Assembly (NCBI GenBank): GCA_051294905.1
Contig: CM119385.1
Span: forward strand, 18,848,001-18,912,000
From: Botryllus schlosseri
Taxonomy: Eukaryota
Length of the DNA stretch: 64,000 nucleotides
Direction: 5' to 3'
Below, piece after piece: positions 10,446 through 24,000 of this stretch (position 1 is its first letter; the number at the start of each line of letters is the position of its first letter). Made by a program: the position numbers and the translations under genes. Below the pieces are notes generated by a model, which was given only the letters and a program-made list of their open reading frames with translations, had not been told where the DNA came from and did not search any database.

Positions 10446-13400
10446 TTATTTCAGAAATTTATTTGTGCGATACTCAATGCAATACTGGTCCAACAAATCT
10501 TTGGCGACAGTTTGTGTGACTTTGGAGTGGGCTTTTCCTTCACTCATCTTTAGTACAAGACCAACAACAAGCTTGATCGCTTTTTTGTTTTTGGGCTTGT
10601 TGTGTTCGCCTCGGCGGTACTTATTGAAAAGCTTTTCTTGGTCTTGTAACTCAATCGCCTTGCAGCAAAATTCTTTGATTGCTTCTATGTCGCTAATCAT
10701 TTTCCATCCATTCTCCTCCATTATCTGGAAACAGAAACAAATTGTGATGTAGTTAACAAAGAGAATGAAGGAGCGAGTGTAGGAAAGAAGACAGCAATCA
10801 TAACACTATCAATGGCAGTTGGCACCATTATGTCGGATATTAATGTAGGGATACCATATTCAGAGATCCGAAATATATTAATACAGGAAATTTGGTCATT
10901 TTTAGGGACATTGCTGATGGGTCGACTAAAAAAATATATGTTGAAATCCAGTTTTCACGTCTATTATGACAATTTTTAGTTGTCTTTGTAGAGTTGTGTA
11001 GTTCTCAAAGCAATAGAAAGAGGACAAACTTAGAAAACAAGGACATATGGTGACCCTAAATGTATGAGTAAGCCAATGTATACGTCACACCGTACATTGG
11101 TCGTTTTGAGATCGTCCTATCTGCTGTTGTGTTGCACCGTGTCTTGCATTTTACAGTGTAGGTTTACTACATTGCTTGTGTCTCAATCAAATGAAAATAT
11201 TAGCATCACTGGTTTATGGTTAGTAACTATACGGCCTTATGGCCTAAAACTGTAAAATGTTTGATAAAATATGAGACATAACCAGACACGGCCAGTAAGA
11301 AAGTGGGGATTGACTAACTACTTTGGCCACCTCTGAATACAACATTACCTCTTTGGGAGATCCTCCTTCAACTGACACAATACGCCAGATCTTCACAGCG
11401 TGATGATGATCCACATCGTTGTTGTGATGTAGAGATAGCAATTCCGCCGTTTGTCTGACATTAACAGGACTGAAATGGTTAACAAACGTCACTTTGTGGC
11501 AGTTGTCTCCAAATCTAAGAAGCATGTCGCGTCACGACTATGCAGACCACGATAATGACGCTACATTATCGGACTTTACTACTTATGGTCTCAAACTTGC
11601 GTGAAATATTATTTCGAGGTAGAAGTGTGCCGCTATTTTTGGAGTAATGTAGGAGGTATGTAATTAGACTACTTTCACTTGTTCTTGGACACTTTTCAGG
11701 CAAAACTACTCGCTTTTTACACTTTAGATTTTGAAAAGTAGAAAAGTAGTGGTTTGTGCACATCACTTTTAAGAGTGAAATTGTCATAAAAACTTCATTA
11801 AAAATAGCCCCTGTATCGTGGAAACTAAATATATATTTGAAGATTTCACTAATTAGTAGTGTCATTAGTAATTTGTATTAGTCGCAAAGATGCATCTCGC
11901 GATTTAAAAGTTGCCACCTCAGACTACCTGATCAATATACTTTTTCAAGTCTCTTACTCGAGTACCTTTGAGACCTTTCAGTTTGTACTTCCATTGAAGT
12001 AGTTGTTACATATCTTCAAAATAGCTACGTCAGCTTGTAATTGTGAAAAAATTCACGACATTAATTCTACTTAGACTTCTACTGGCTACTTTGACCTTCT
12101 TTCGTGTGGGTTTTGGGTGGCATTGCAATTTTTTCAGTGAGATTGCTACAGCTACCGGACTACAGCCATTCATGAAATCCATTCTTTTCCTTATCGAAGA
12201 TGAATATCGCAATTGTGAAAGTGGCTGTTGGAAACCAAGGTCATACCTGACTATTTACTAAACCATGCCCTTTTGTTCTTCTACCTGCAGTAGTTTTTGC
12301 CAAGTCATCAAAACTCTTACTCATGCCTTAGTAATAGATACTCTTGGCGACAAGCATCACTACAAGTGCGGTTGATCTAATAGCAAACAGACAATTACAC
12401 AATTTACATCCTAGGAAACAGATTGTGAGAGATCTACTTGACAATCTGTGCTTACCATTCTGTAGCAGAAACATTCAATTTGTAAACGAGTCCCAGCAAT
12501 TCAATTTGCACCCAATCGTAAACCAAATCCACAGGTAGATATGACGCTTCCTCTAACACGCCAAGGAAAAACTGATCTAGACCATTTTCCTGCAGTGGAA
12601 ACATAGAAAAATAACAACAACCACGTCATATTCTCATAAATTCATCCGTACCAATAAAAACGACGACTTTTCCAGATTCATGCCCTGAATGTCAAACAGT
12701 CTTTTCCTCGACTCTACAGGGTGCCGAATACCTTGTAAACGCGCCTTGATTTCGTCTACATTAATTTGCTTTCTAGAGCAGAGAATAAGCACATAATGTA
12801 AGTATATAAGAACAGGTTTAAACAGCCTTACTTGGGATCAAACGATTTCGGTAAGCAAGAGTTATCGTAAAAAACCAATGGTGGTAAATTTGGCTCGGGC
12901 ATGAATCTATAGTCTTGAAATTCCTCTTTGTCCCGCATAGAGATTGTAATTCTATAAGATGATAAGGTAGGTGATATAGATCAATTTAGGTGCTTGAACA
13001 ATTAGTAATACCCTTTTTCTGAGTTATATTCTCTAGTTTCATTCACAATCTCCCCTCCTTTGTCGAGGATGCGTTTGTGTCGACCTATTTCATAATCTGT
13101 GAAAAGCAGGTTGACTTATTGATTATCCATACAAAATGAACCAATATCCCACTTATTGCGTCGACCAACGATGTAATTCCGGCAATATTTTTCACTTCGG
13201 ACCGAGTGCCCAACGCTTCTCCTCGCCTATGCAATGAAATATTTGCGTCGACTCTCATGTTACCCTCTGCAAAACGAAAATAAACAAAAACAGCATTCCA
13301 CATTAAATCAAGTGTGAATTGCCTGCGATGTTTCCCTTGCAAGTGCCGAGTCTTTGCATAGTCAGTTGTAAATCTAAAACAAACGTGGCGGCTTCCTGCG

Positions 13401-15669
13401 CCGAACGAAAATCTGGAGCTGTGACGATCTCCATCAAGCCTACTCCTGTGAAAGGGTGAACGAGTATCATGTCACAGTTTGGAACCAAATATACTGCTGG
13501 TGGCGGCCAGATTAGGAATTTGGCAGGTGAAAGAGCAGGTTCTGAATTGGCATCACACAATGTTGACAGAAGCTTCAAAATTTCACTCCTTTCTGATTTA
13601 GCTTTGTAAAATATTAGATATTTATGATAACATATTGATAGAAGAAACTGTCACCAGTTAGTCCTAGTTGATCGAAAAAAATGCTGCCAATTTGGTTGTA
13701 ATTCTACTTTTTCGGAGTTTTCAAGTAGGTTTTGTCTACTTGCACAAGTGGTTTTATGTTTAGACTACTTCCACAGATTTTACCAAAACTACTTACGTTT
13801 TTGGGATTGAAAAGTCGAAACGAGTTCTTTTAACAGCGTGGATGAACCCCTCTATTGTGGTGACCAAATATATTATCAAAGATTGTGCGGTACCTACTTG
13901 TAGTGTCATTAGGTATTTTTTGCTAGTCGCAAGGATACATCTTGTAATTTCAAAAGCAGCCACCTCCGATTAACAGCCAATCAATCGCTCTAATCTACTT
14001 CTTTAATATTACATACTTGAGTACATTTCAGACCTTTTTCTACTTCCAATCAACGTAGTTGTGACATGTCATGGAAATTACCACTTTCACTTGTAATTGA
14101 GTGAAAATTTATGGCGTTACTTCTACTTGAATAGCAACAGTGACTAATTTGATCAATGCCGTTCAATTCGAGAGAAGGCCTACTTTAACTAACTTATAAA
14201 ACTTACATTGATTTTGCACAGTTCCAAACCGGCAACAGAACAACAAACATCATTTCACCTGCTCTATTCAAATCTATAAGGCTCATCTTTTCCTTATAGT
14301 CGTGCAAGCTTTTTCCGCTGTCCTGCTCGATTTGAACTCTCTCGATCCTAACCCTCTTCCACCGAATTCCGGAGCTTTCCGATTCGCAGGTCGCAGGTAT
14401 TTCCAGACATCCGTCTTCAGCGACTGGCCTCCAGTACTGCGTTATCTGATAGCCTTGCTGCAAAAGGATAAAATGCTGGAAGTTCTTGAAAAAAGAGGTG
14501 GTTACAAGTAGAGTCCAACTGATAACCGTCTCTGTAGGAATATCGGTATCTGCAAAATCCAGTAAATATTTATAGGCCTGCACAATGATGTCATCACTAC
14601 TTCAATTGTTTTAGGTGAGGTGGTCTTCAATACTGTTGGATTGATTTATGAGAACTCCAGGAGTTAACTTCTAGGTGAAAAATGTTGTCAAGTTGTGTCT
14701 TCTGAACTACAAAAACACCTGTTGGAATGTAAGCACTAGTTTCTTACTCAGCTGGAGTTTGATTGTAATTAAAGTTTAAATGGAATATATTTTTCAAATT
14801 ATTGCCACTCATCCAAAGTTTTAGTTGAACATTAACTACTCTGATATAGGCAGAAAGGAAAAAATATGTTACAGCGGCAATATCAGTAAGGATTCCTGAT
14901 ATTGATTTGTTTTATACCGTAGCTTCAAAACTTTTTCAATGAAGAACACTCATTTTTACCATTTGAACATTGTCAAGCATAAGGTAATAGATGGCAGACA
15001 TTCATTATATCATATATAGCAGTGGTTCTTAGCCACTGGCTCAATGGAGCATTTTGGCATGATCCCAGAGCCATTGCAACCTATATTATCACTGTGCTTC
15101 AATCACAACAGGTGGCCGTGGGCAATTTCAAGCTATGGATTAAGAAAATAGCCTATCAATAAATAATTCTTACAGGCAAATCCGCATAGAAATAATGCTT
15201 CCGGTCGAAATAAGATCTGTGGTTGATTCGACATCCTAGAGATAATGCTGTCAGGACTGCAGCTTCAACACAGCTCCTGTTTAAAACCTGCGTACAACAT
15301 GAATAGTTGATGGCCGAGAGAATTTGCACCAAGTATGATAATTTGATAAAAAATGCAAAAATAATCTAGTATTCAGAAGTTTCATCTCACCGGTAACGTT
15401 CCTGGCAGGGCTGCATCGAAATCTGATACCAGCGAGTTTGGAGGAGCCATAAACTGATTGCGTGCGCGTGAAAACAATTTTGACTTCGTGTTCATCTGAG
15501 CGTGAATTTCCAATCCGATGACAGGCTCCCAGGAGTTGGTCGAAACATTCCGATTCAAACTCGAATATTGAAGAGCACAATTATAAAATCTTTGCCTCCA
15601 CAACTGGCTCTTTATAAGTCGCAAACTACATTTAGGGCAAATCATTCTTTCTAAATTAACACGAAACAT
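10446..15669 (-). CDS. GATB: Mitochondrial glutamyl-tRNA(Gln) amidotransferase subunit B (PET112), 11 exons
   Basis: Exons 15391-15669, 15174-15287, 14259-14457, 13323-13445, 13153-13266, 13012-13096, 12832-12951, 12652-12772, 12456-12589, 11349-11469, 10446-10724, all phase-consistent. Motifs: [90 protein letters not shown]. Confidence 0.95.
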
Positions 15670-16239
15670 AGTTACAGTATTGCACTTGAATAGCTAACGT
15701 CAACAAATGAAATAACGGGAGTATTAGTATAATAGAAGGTGAGGATATAAGGCATTGGATGTTGCAGTCACTAACAATATATAATGAACCGTAAACCGTA
15801 ATCATTATAGCCATCCCCCAATAGCAACCAAGTTTCACAACTAGACATGTGAACGATAGTGAGTAGCTTGTTCAGTTGCACAGAAAATGCCTCTAAATAA
15901 ACATAGATTGCAAGTTTCTGGCATGATCAGATTTTTTATATATAGTTCTATATCCAAAATGGCTGTGCATTCTTGCACAAGAATTGAAATAGAAACCATC
16001 TCAAGCAATTCGTCATCATTGTACTGATATTATTTAAATTTATGCTACAACAAACGATATGACCTTCACCTTTGAAAAACACATTATACAAGCCATTGAA
16101 CGAATTGTGACTTTCATAGAAAGCATGCAGTCATCTATATACGGAACAAATAAATATGATGAACCGAAAAAAATTATTACCATAGCATTATGTGTCTTTC
16201 TACAACACAATATGCATAAAAGCAAAGTTGATTAGTATC

Positions 16240-16545
16240 TTCATATTGAAATAATTCCGAATATTTTCGGCTGACACTCATCAGGGGTAATTGTCAGCAA
16301 CTAGCAGAGAATTGGGAAGAACACTGGATACCAAAATACACCGGCCAAGGCTTTGTCAACAAAAGGAGTTCATGCACGATCTAAAATTAGTACATCTATT
16401 ATTCGAAATTTCATGCTGGTGAAGTCATATTTTGTGATAGGATTGTTGATATACAATGTTCTTTCCAATTCTCGACCAGCTGCTGACGATTACCCCGATG
16501 AGTGCCAGCCGAAAATATTCGGGTTCATATCAATATGAATCAATC
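16240..16545. repeat. Imperfect inverted-repeat element (dispersed family)
   Basis: 16245-16335 mirrors 16450-16540 (CCGAATATTTTCGGCTGACACTCATC / GATGAGTGCCAGCCGAAAATATTCGG). Single-arm copies occur at ~25285-25430 and ~33485-33530. Confidence 0.75.
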
Positions 16546-16926
16546 GTATATAGAAGTTCTGTATCTCAGAAAAGTTAGAACTTCAAAAGTAAAGTTGTAC
16601 ATATTGCAATGTAATCATGACTAAGGTACCAAAATACAGATCAAGTTACGGATGAATTGAAGTGTACGGTAACTGTTAGCCCAAACTTCTACTACCCCAC
16701 GACTAGTTGAATTTAACATCAAATTATTAGTGCTACTTTTGTTTATCGTACATAAACATAAAACTATAAGAGAAATAACCGTGAGTGAAAATCAATCCAT
16801 GATTATCTTTGATGTCTATTTGGGATATGGCATTATGGCATTGAAAAGAAGACAATATGAAATTCAGGGTAATAATATACTGCAGCAAAAATCCGATTAC
16901 TGTTGCGTTGACTACACATGCGTGAT

Positions 16927-17367
16927 CTATTTTTGATCAGAGTCACTACTAAAATGACTCTGCGTGGCGGAATCAAATAGCTCTTGCTGAACAGTCGAGT
17001 CTATTTCGTTTTCGTCAGTAGTACCAGCAGTTGTTTGCATAGCAACATTTTGGACTTCTTCTTCAATTGCCATCGAAAATTCGCCAGGGTACTGGGATTG
17101 TAACTTGCTTCTCAATGTCCTAATACGCGAGAAAATCGATTGCAAGTCTCTTCGCATTTCCAGTAACATATTGGTGTGTCGGGTGAAGTTTGTAGTCGCT
17201 AGTGAAAGTTGCTGAGCCGACAGATTATTGCAGCTTGTCAACATCGCGTTGGATTTCTCCAGTCGATTCAAAGTTTCTTGCTGAGCTTTAATAATAGCGT
17301 CTACGTCGCGCTGGTTTACCATGTTCTTCATCCTTCGTGATACCTCTAACGGATCTGGTGAAGCCAT
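16927..17367 (-). CDS. KXD1: KxDL motif-containing protein 1 (BORC subunit), single coding exon, 146 aa
   Basis: ATG in GCCATGG context at 17367: MASPDPLEVSRRMKNMVNQRDVDAIIKAQQETLNRLEKSNAMLTSCNNLS...RHTNMLLEMRRDLQSIFSRIRTLRSKLQSQYP matches the KxDL domain (here RRDL). Confidence 0.9.
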   Translation of the reverse strand: MASPDPLEVSRRMKNMVNQRDVDAIIKAQQETLNRLEKSNAMLTSCNNLSAQQLSLATTNFTRHTNMLLEMRRDLQSIFSRIRTLRSKLQSQYPGEFSMAIEEEVQNVAMQTTAGTTDENEIDSTVQQELFDSATQSHFSSDSDQK

Positions 17368-18028
17368 GGCACCAGTCCTTTTCTGACATCCAAAAGGTAT
17401 ATATCCTCCCCTCGTCTCGCTTGAAGCTATTGTTATCAGGCATATGTAGAAGGGGAAGCACCGCCAGATACCAAGTGACCCGAAACAAATCTGCAACTGG
17501 TCGTTCGAAAGTGGATCGACTGGAAAGGACGAGAATCACTGCACTGAGATTGGATTACATATTCCGAAACCTGTATTGGCTGAGCTCCAGAAAACAGTAC
17601 CGCAGAAGCGTACCGGTATCGAATTTACCAAGTATCATAATTTGCTTATACGATTCAGTCGAAATGGAATGGTGAATATTCTGGCAAATACATCTTCCTC
17701 TACCCAAGATTAAAACATAAAAAAGAACGCTTGGCGTGATCAACGGGTGTCTTTCTGTGTTTATTGCCACTACTCACACGACATTGTGCAATATATCAAT
17801 GCTATATTTTATAGATACTAGTTATATATAGTTATTTTATAGATACTAGTTAGTTGCTTGCAGAAATTTGATGTTCTTTTCACGCACCAGTAACAGCCAA
17901 TGACCCCGAACGAACCAACGCTCGGATTGGAAACAACAATCACAATTTTCAATTCACGATATTATTTCATACGTCGTGAATAGGTGCTGGTTTTATTTAT
18001 AAATATATCAGAGCGGAGAAGATCAAGG

Positions 18029-20824
18029 ATGGCCGATCTCAGTTCGAGCAATATTGTCAATTTGGAACTCCTCTCGCAAATGCTTAATCCTTCTCGAGAT
18101 GATTCCAGCGACGATGATATGGTAAACACCTACGGTATACTTTGTAAAAGAATGAACATGTCAGCTCAGCTGAACGTTTATTTCCACATTCATTTCTTTT
18201 TCATATTTGCACGAGAAAATTGAGGTATGTTTATTTATTAGAAGGTGTGCACTGGAAATTATAGAATGTTCGTTTGGCATTATTATTTTACAGGGGTATC
18301 TAGAACTTCTAGATATCCCTGTTATTTTATAATAAAACACAATCATCATCACTACAACTAATACAAGTTTTTATCCGCACTATAACATTATATTCAGCCT
18401 GACACTACGACATCCGCTTATAACCCGGGAAACATCGGCCCAAAAAAGACATCAAAAGAGGCACCACAAGAAAGCGTTTACGGTAATCACATCGACTACG
18501 TTCAATCAAAAGTTTTTATTGATCAGTGATCACTCATATATCATTCAGCTAAGAAAGACAGTAAAGCGATCTGGGACGAAGAAGAAGTTCCGTCATCAGC
18601 CATGTTTGAAGAGGAGGATGACGGAAGACCACAACCAGAGTAAACTTGATAATAATGTATATTTCAGTATGAGTAGTTGGTGTTCAATCTGTTCATGTGC
18701 TGGTACCTTTCACCAATCACAAGACTGACGGCCCCGGCTATATTATAATGATATATTCAATATTCGTCAGATTATATTTTATTTCCCAAGATATACACAC
18801 AATGTACAATGCTATCTTCCCCGTTAGTAGTAAAATAGAAGTAGATAAAACTCATTCTCGGGTATGTAAAGTATTCACCACTCCATTGGTTTTGCTTTCA
18901 TACTAATTCCGTTACTACTTTTCCAAGCCAAAATTCATATTTTCAGACTTCAGATTTGAGTCAAATGGTTCCAAATATCTGACAGTGTTGCATGCAGTTT
19001 AGGGGGCTAGCTAAGTGTTGAAATTCAACTGTTTTAACCTGAGTTGTAACCAAGTCGCCAGGCTCTGAGGCACAAGTCAATCACACTTTTATAGTTTTGA
19101 CTCGAGTCAAGCCGAGTCATTTTTAATTCCAAGTCAGCAATCAGAAGGTCGAGTCCAAGTCATTGTGTTGACTGCTCAGTTTCCAGTTAAAGTCTTGTTA
19201 ACCCACCTTATATAGCCCTGTTTGGCGATATCGAATAGTTCGGATTTATAATATACTAATTTTTCTCACTTTTAGCAGTTTCTTGTCGCATTTTCAAGTA
19301 CCAGTACCAATAGACGAAATTCCAATAGTGTGGGAACTTCACTATTCTTCGAAATTACCATGAAATGTGGGTCTTGGCCGTCTGCGTCTCGAGTCCAAGT
19401 CGCGTTAATACACAGATTGACCACCCGAGTTGAGTCATTTCTGCATTTTGCGAAAATGACTCGGGTCAAGTCGAGTCATCAGAAAATTGTGACTCGAGTC
19501 GAGTCATTACAACTCTGGTTTTAACTACTTTCCCGATCATTTTCCAAGATTGTTAGAAGTTTTTATTAAGTCTCTGAATTACGGTTTCTAAACCGATATT
19601 TCGATTCAGGTACGATATATCATATAAACAAAAGGTTACTTCCGAAGACATGTTCCTGGGTACATCCGGAAAAAATCCTTCAAGCGCATGCTGCGAAAGC
19701 CTTGCAGTCAAAATCACGCTTCCCGACACAAAAATGTCTGAAGTCGAGCTTCAAGTGAAGGAAAGTGTCCTCGACTGTAGGTCACCGAAATTGTGAGTAG
19801 CCTGTATATTGAAGTGGTCCAAGCGCTTTTTCAAAAATAGGTCGAATTGCCAAATCAAGTTATTGAGCAGAAAGTTTATTCAAAAATTTTTTAACTAATT
19901 TCTCAGCGAAATTGTTCTAGGCATATGACTCTGCTTACTCTTGCAACAAGAGGTCAGTTATGAAGTACTTTTACTTTTTGAGTTATCAAGTAGATTTTGT
20001 CTACTTGCACTACTCAAGTAGAAATTAGCATTACATTATATTTGCTTCAGTTCTCCAAGTGAAATTCATTCGAGCTGGATCGGTAGTCCATGTATCAAAG
20101 TAATTGAAAACATTCACCCGCCAATCCATGTTCCCTCTAATTTTTGACGAGTATGCGCACACTCACCAACTCACTGCGCAGACCCTTGGAAAACAGTGCG
20201 TAACACCTAAAAAAAGGTCATCACTTCCGATTTTTTGTGCGCAACTTGGATTTTCTGTGCGCAGAGATCATGTCAGCACTGCGCAGCTTAGAGGTAACAT
20301 TGCCGCCAATATTCCTTCTACGTCATGTTTCTGGACTGGCAAAGTCTGCTATGCCTCGCCCAAATCACTCGAGAGTATGTGTTACGCACCATCATAACAT
20401 CACAAATTTTTGAAATTGAATGGATTAGCAGCACCATCACCACTGGGTATCAGGCACGAGCAGATTCTAAAATGTCAGAATGCAAATCCGTGCGGCTGGT
20501 TTCATTTTTACATATTCCATCATATGAAATCCTGTTCGTAAACCATATTGTGATCACCTCATGTCACGATTCGAATTTTTTTACATCTTCAAGTGACTTT
20601 CCTAACTTCTATTTCTAATCCAACTTACCAATCACCACTCCCGTGTAGCCTACATCACACACACCTAACATACGTGGCAATTTATTTCCAGCAAGCTCAC
20701 CCTACCCTTACCGCATCCCGTCGATCCCGACAGCGGCGGCGCCAAGTGGGACTTGACAAAACACGTTCTCGAAGTGACGCTGGTAATGAAGAGAGAGTAC
20801 GATTTTATCAATTTTCAAAGCTGA
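18029..20824 (+). CDS. DNAAF6: Dynein axonemal assembly factor 6 (PIH1D3), 5 exons
   Basis: Exons 18029-18121, 18398-18482, 18549-18639, 19610-19792, 20692-20824, phase-consistent. Motifs: LELLSQMLNP, YNPGNIGP, IWDEEEVP, PEYDISYKQKVTSEDMFLG, SSACCESLAVKITLPDT, LDCRSPKFKLTLPLPHPVDP, AKWD, LEVTLVMKREYDFINF. Confidence 0.92.
19039..19517. mobile_element. GACTCGAGTC-rich hAT MITE in DNAAF6 intron 3
   Basis: Termini CTGAGTTGTAAC...ATTACAACTCTG with 8-bp TSD GTTTTAAC (19031-19038, 19518-19525). Same family as 37262-38037. Confidence 0.85.
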
Positions 20825-21068
20825 GCGAAAACGTTACCGCGACAATAGTTTTCCCCTCGAATTCACTTCATTTTGAAATGCCGGTCAAGTTTTCAAATTC
20901 ATTTCAACGCAATTGCTGTCTTCACAGTACTATGATCGCGAGAACTTGCAAGGCTTCGATGATTTTCGAAACAAATTGTCAGCTACATGATACGCGTATG
21001 GACAAAAGCTTATTAACGCACGAATACAGAAGGAAAAGTTAACAAATCGAACTATTCAACTTGGCGAG

Positions 21069-24000
21069 CTATTTCTTTTTCGCTCTGCTTTTTGAACTTT
21101 TCCCAGCTTTGCCGGCGGATGTCGTAGGTGCCTTTTTACGCGAAGGCTTTGCCTTGAATAAGTGAATATTGTGTTGGTGCATTGTGATGAAACCGATAGC
21201 GTTATTTTACCTTTGCCATCACATCTGTGTCTTCCTCCTCTTCATCTTCAGCTACGGTTTGGGAGTCGTCTCCTTCGAGTCCGTACCCAAAATCATCAGG
21301 CGCTACAGGAAAGATGAGCCGAATGTCAAAATTTTGGAGTAGAGCCGGTGGTGATTTTTTTAGATATGACACTAGCGCGATTAACCGTGCATAAGTACTT
21401 CGCTTCTCTCACTGTAACACGGAAAAGTGTCTAATTCAGATGCAAACGGTAACGAAGACATCTTACTTTCTCAGATCACTCGTTTTGCCCCGTTGCATTA
21501 ATTGTGCAAGAGGTTACCTTACATTTTCAGATTGCTTTCACTTCTATTTTACTGTTTCACTACTTCAGTACCAACGCCGACTACTTCTTTTTCAACTATG
21601 ACGCGACATGGTGAAAGTAGATGACGTCGCAATGCCCTAATCAAAAATGGAGCAGTAGTTTGAATTCATTTTGTCCAACACTCCACTCAAAAAGTTTAAA
21701 CACTGCCACCACATGGGCATTAAGATTGAAGATGAGAGAGTTAGCGCTCCGCCTTAATTGCATTTCATTACAATCTAAACTGCTATTTGAACTTAACTGG
21801 AAAGAATTATTTGAACTCAAGACAACAAGAATAATAAGACAAGGCAAACATAAACTGACCCGGCTGCTTTTTAGACTTTTTTGTCGTCGATTGCATAGCG
21901 TATGGCGTCTTATGACTCTCCTTGTTGAAACCCCTTGTAAACGCGGACTTCACCTTCGACTCGACCTTGCAACGAGCTATCGTTATTAAAAGAAAAAATC
22001 ACGACTTTGCACAGAGCACCAACCTTGGACATGAGTTGCGGCCGCCCGGGATACTGCCCCAGTTCCTGGATGCTGTCAAAGTCCTCGCGCAGGAAATCGT
22101 AGGAATGGAGCAAGTCTACAGTTTTGCGCACTTGCGTATCTCCGGTTTCGCTCTGTTCCACGAGAGGGCGGCATAGTTGCGATCGCAAATAGCTGCAAAA
22201 GCAGGCGTCGTTTTCAATCTGCGCAGGTCAAGAGTATGTTAACTAGAAGGGAAAGTGGACTGCAAATTTAATTCAACCACTTTAGCAAGAAGGCACATCG
22301 GAGAAGTAAAAAGACTGATGGAGGATATATAAGTTGTACAAAAATATACATTCAAATACATGCGGTCGCACTTCTGCATTACTTCCGACTCGAAATGTCC
22401 TGGGCTTCAAGAAAAATCATGATTGTGATTAACTAAATTCCAACGTTAGCGATTGCAGATAAATCTCGTGTATTCCTCACAACGTATAATGCAGGGCCAA
22501 CGCTGCACTAAAAAATGAGGGAAATAGAAAAAATATGCAACCTAATTATAGTCGTTAGAGCCACTGTTCATAACTGTATTTTGCCGACTCGATTCCATTG
22601 TATGTGAATGAAGATGTAGCAAGAATATAACCCCTCTGATCCGTGACATATTGTAAGATACTATTACGTATACGCTGCTTGATGATTAAGTAGTCAAGTG
22701 AAAAGGTCATGACATGAGGTAAAATTATTGTGGAACCATTTCACTGGTCCGGGCCCGCGTGGCAATTTGAGCTTGACACCGCTGACGTAGAGGTAGTCAA
22801 ACAGCATGCACCAGTGCACACTGCACATGCATGTTTTGCAGGAAACACAATAAAAAGCGACTTCACCGCTGTCCAGGTTTTTAATGGGTGGGCACAATTC
22901 CCATTCCAGCGCGAGTCGCTCACAGCATCCAAAATAGGTGGCTAAGCCGACATTATTTGGCGTAATGATCAACCCGTAACGTTGTCACAACGCGTTACGC
23001 CATATTTACGGTAGCCACGGAACACAAAACCACATATATTTATATATATTACAGCGTCAGTATCAATTTCTTTCAATAATTTCATCAACTCGAACAGATC
23101 GCAATAAAATGAAGACAGGACAGAGTTAAAACCGCATTAAGTAGGCTTTTAATCGGATACCGTTCTATTTGGGGTCGAATGAACAATACATATTTGATCT
23201 TTCCAAACCTTCATCATCATAGTGAAGTTAAAAAGCTCATTACTAGGGCAAGTTTTTGCAACTTTTTTTTACAGCTGCCAGCAGCTTCCTAAATACTCGT
23301 AAGATATGTAGAATGCTGTTTCAAGCTGTTTGAAGAAATCTTATAGTGCAACTTTTTGCAACTTTTGTCCATTTTTTTCATGCAACTTTCTCGATTTTTC
23401 ACGAAAGTATTATCGATTCTGGTGAAATACACGGCCAAATTCGACTGAAACACCGTAAATCAGCACCGAAGTAAGGCTTTCACGGGTATTTCAGGAGCTG
23501 AGCCGGAAAATTGACCTATTTTTTTTAGTCAATGTGGGAAGTTGACCTTTTTTTAGTCAACCGAGCAAAATGTGGTCAAAATGCAACTTCTGCAACTTTT
23601 TTCAAAAATAAATGCAACTTTCCACGGATTTAACTGCAACAAAAACTTGCCCTACTCATTACTCGACCCAAATCGAATCACTCAGGCACTCGATTTTAGG
23701 CAGCCCTACTCATTTCACGTCAAGACGCAAAACGTTACACACTCACGGCAGATAGTCCAGGTTGAAACTCGTCTCGCAAGCGCCACACGTCGACACACTC
23801 GAATGGAACTTCAACTCTTGCAGTAGGCGCTTGTTCTTTCCTGAACGCAAACCATTGCGAGATACACCTTCGACAAACAGCAGCACACGCGTACCCGTCG
23901 TTGACAGCTTGCCGAAAAAGCCCGGAAAATTTATCATCCCTTTCATGTTTCCGTTCATAATCGTACACGGAGCCACGGTAGATAGCAGGCCCACGGTCGG

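Noticed and set aside
12030-12420. Candidate GATB exons between 12455 and 11470
   Set aside because: All acceptors tested give stops or non-homologous peptide. The conserved CPV..AELL exon is at 11349-11469.
22694-22972. Cys-rich ORF in an RFC1 intron
   Set aside because: No recognisable domain or splice chain; it overlaps a Charlie-like MITE end (CAGCGGTGTCAAGCTC...GCGGGCCCG).
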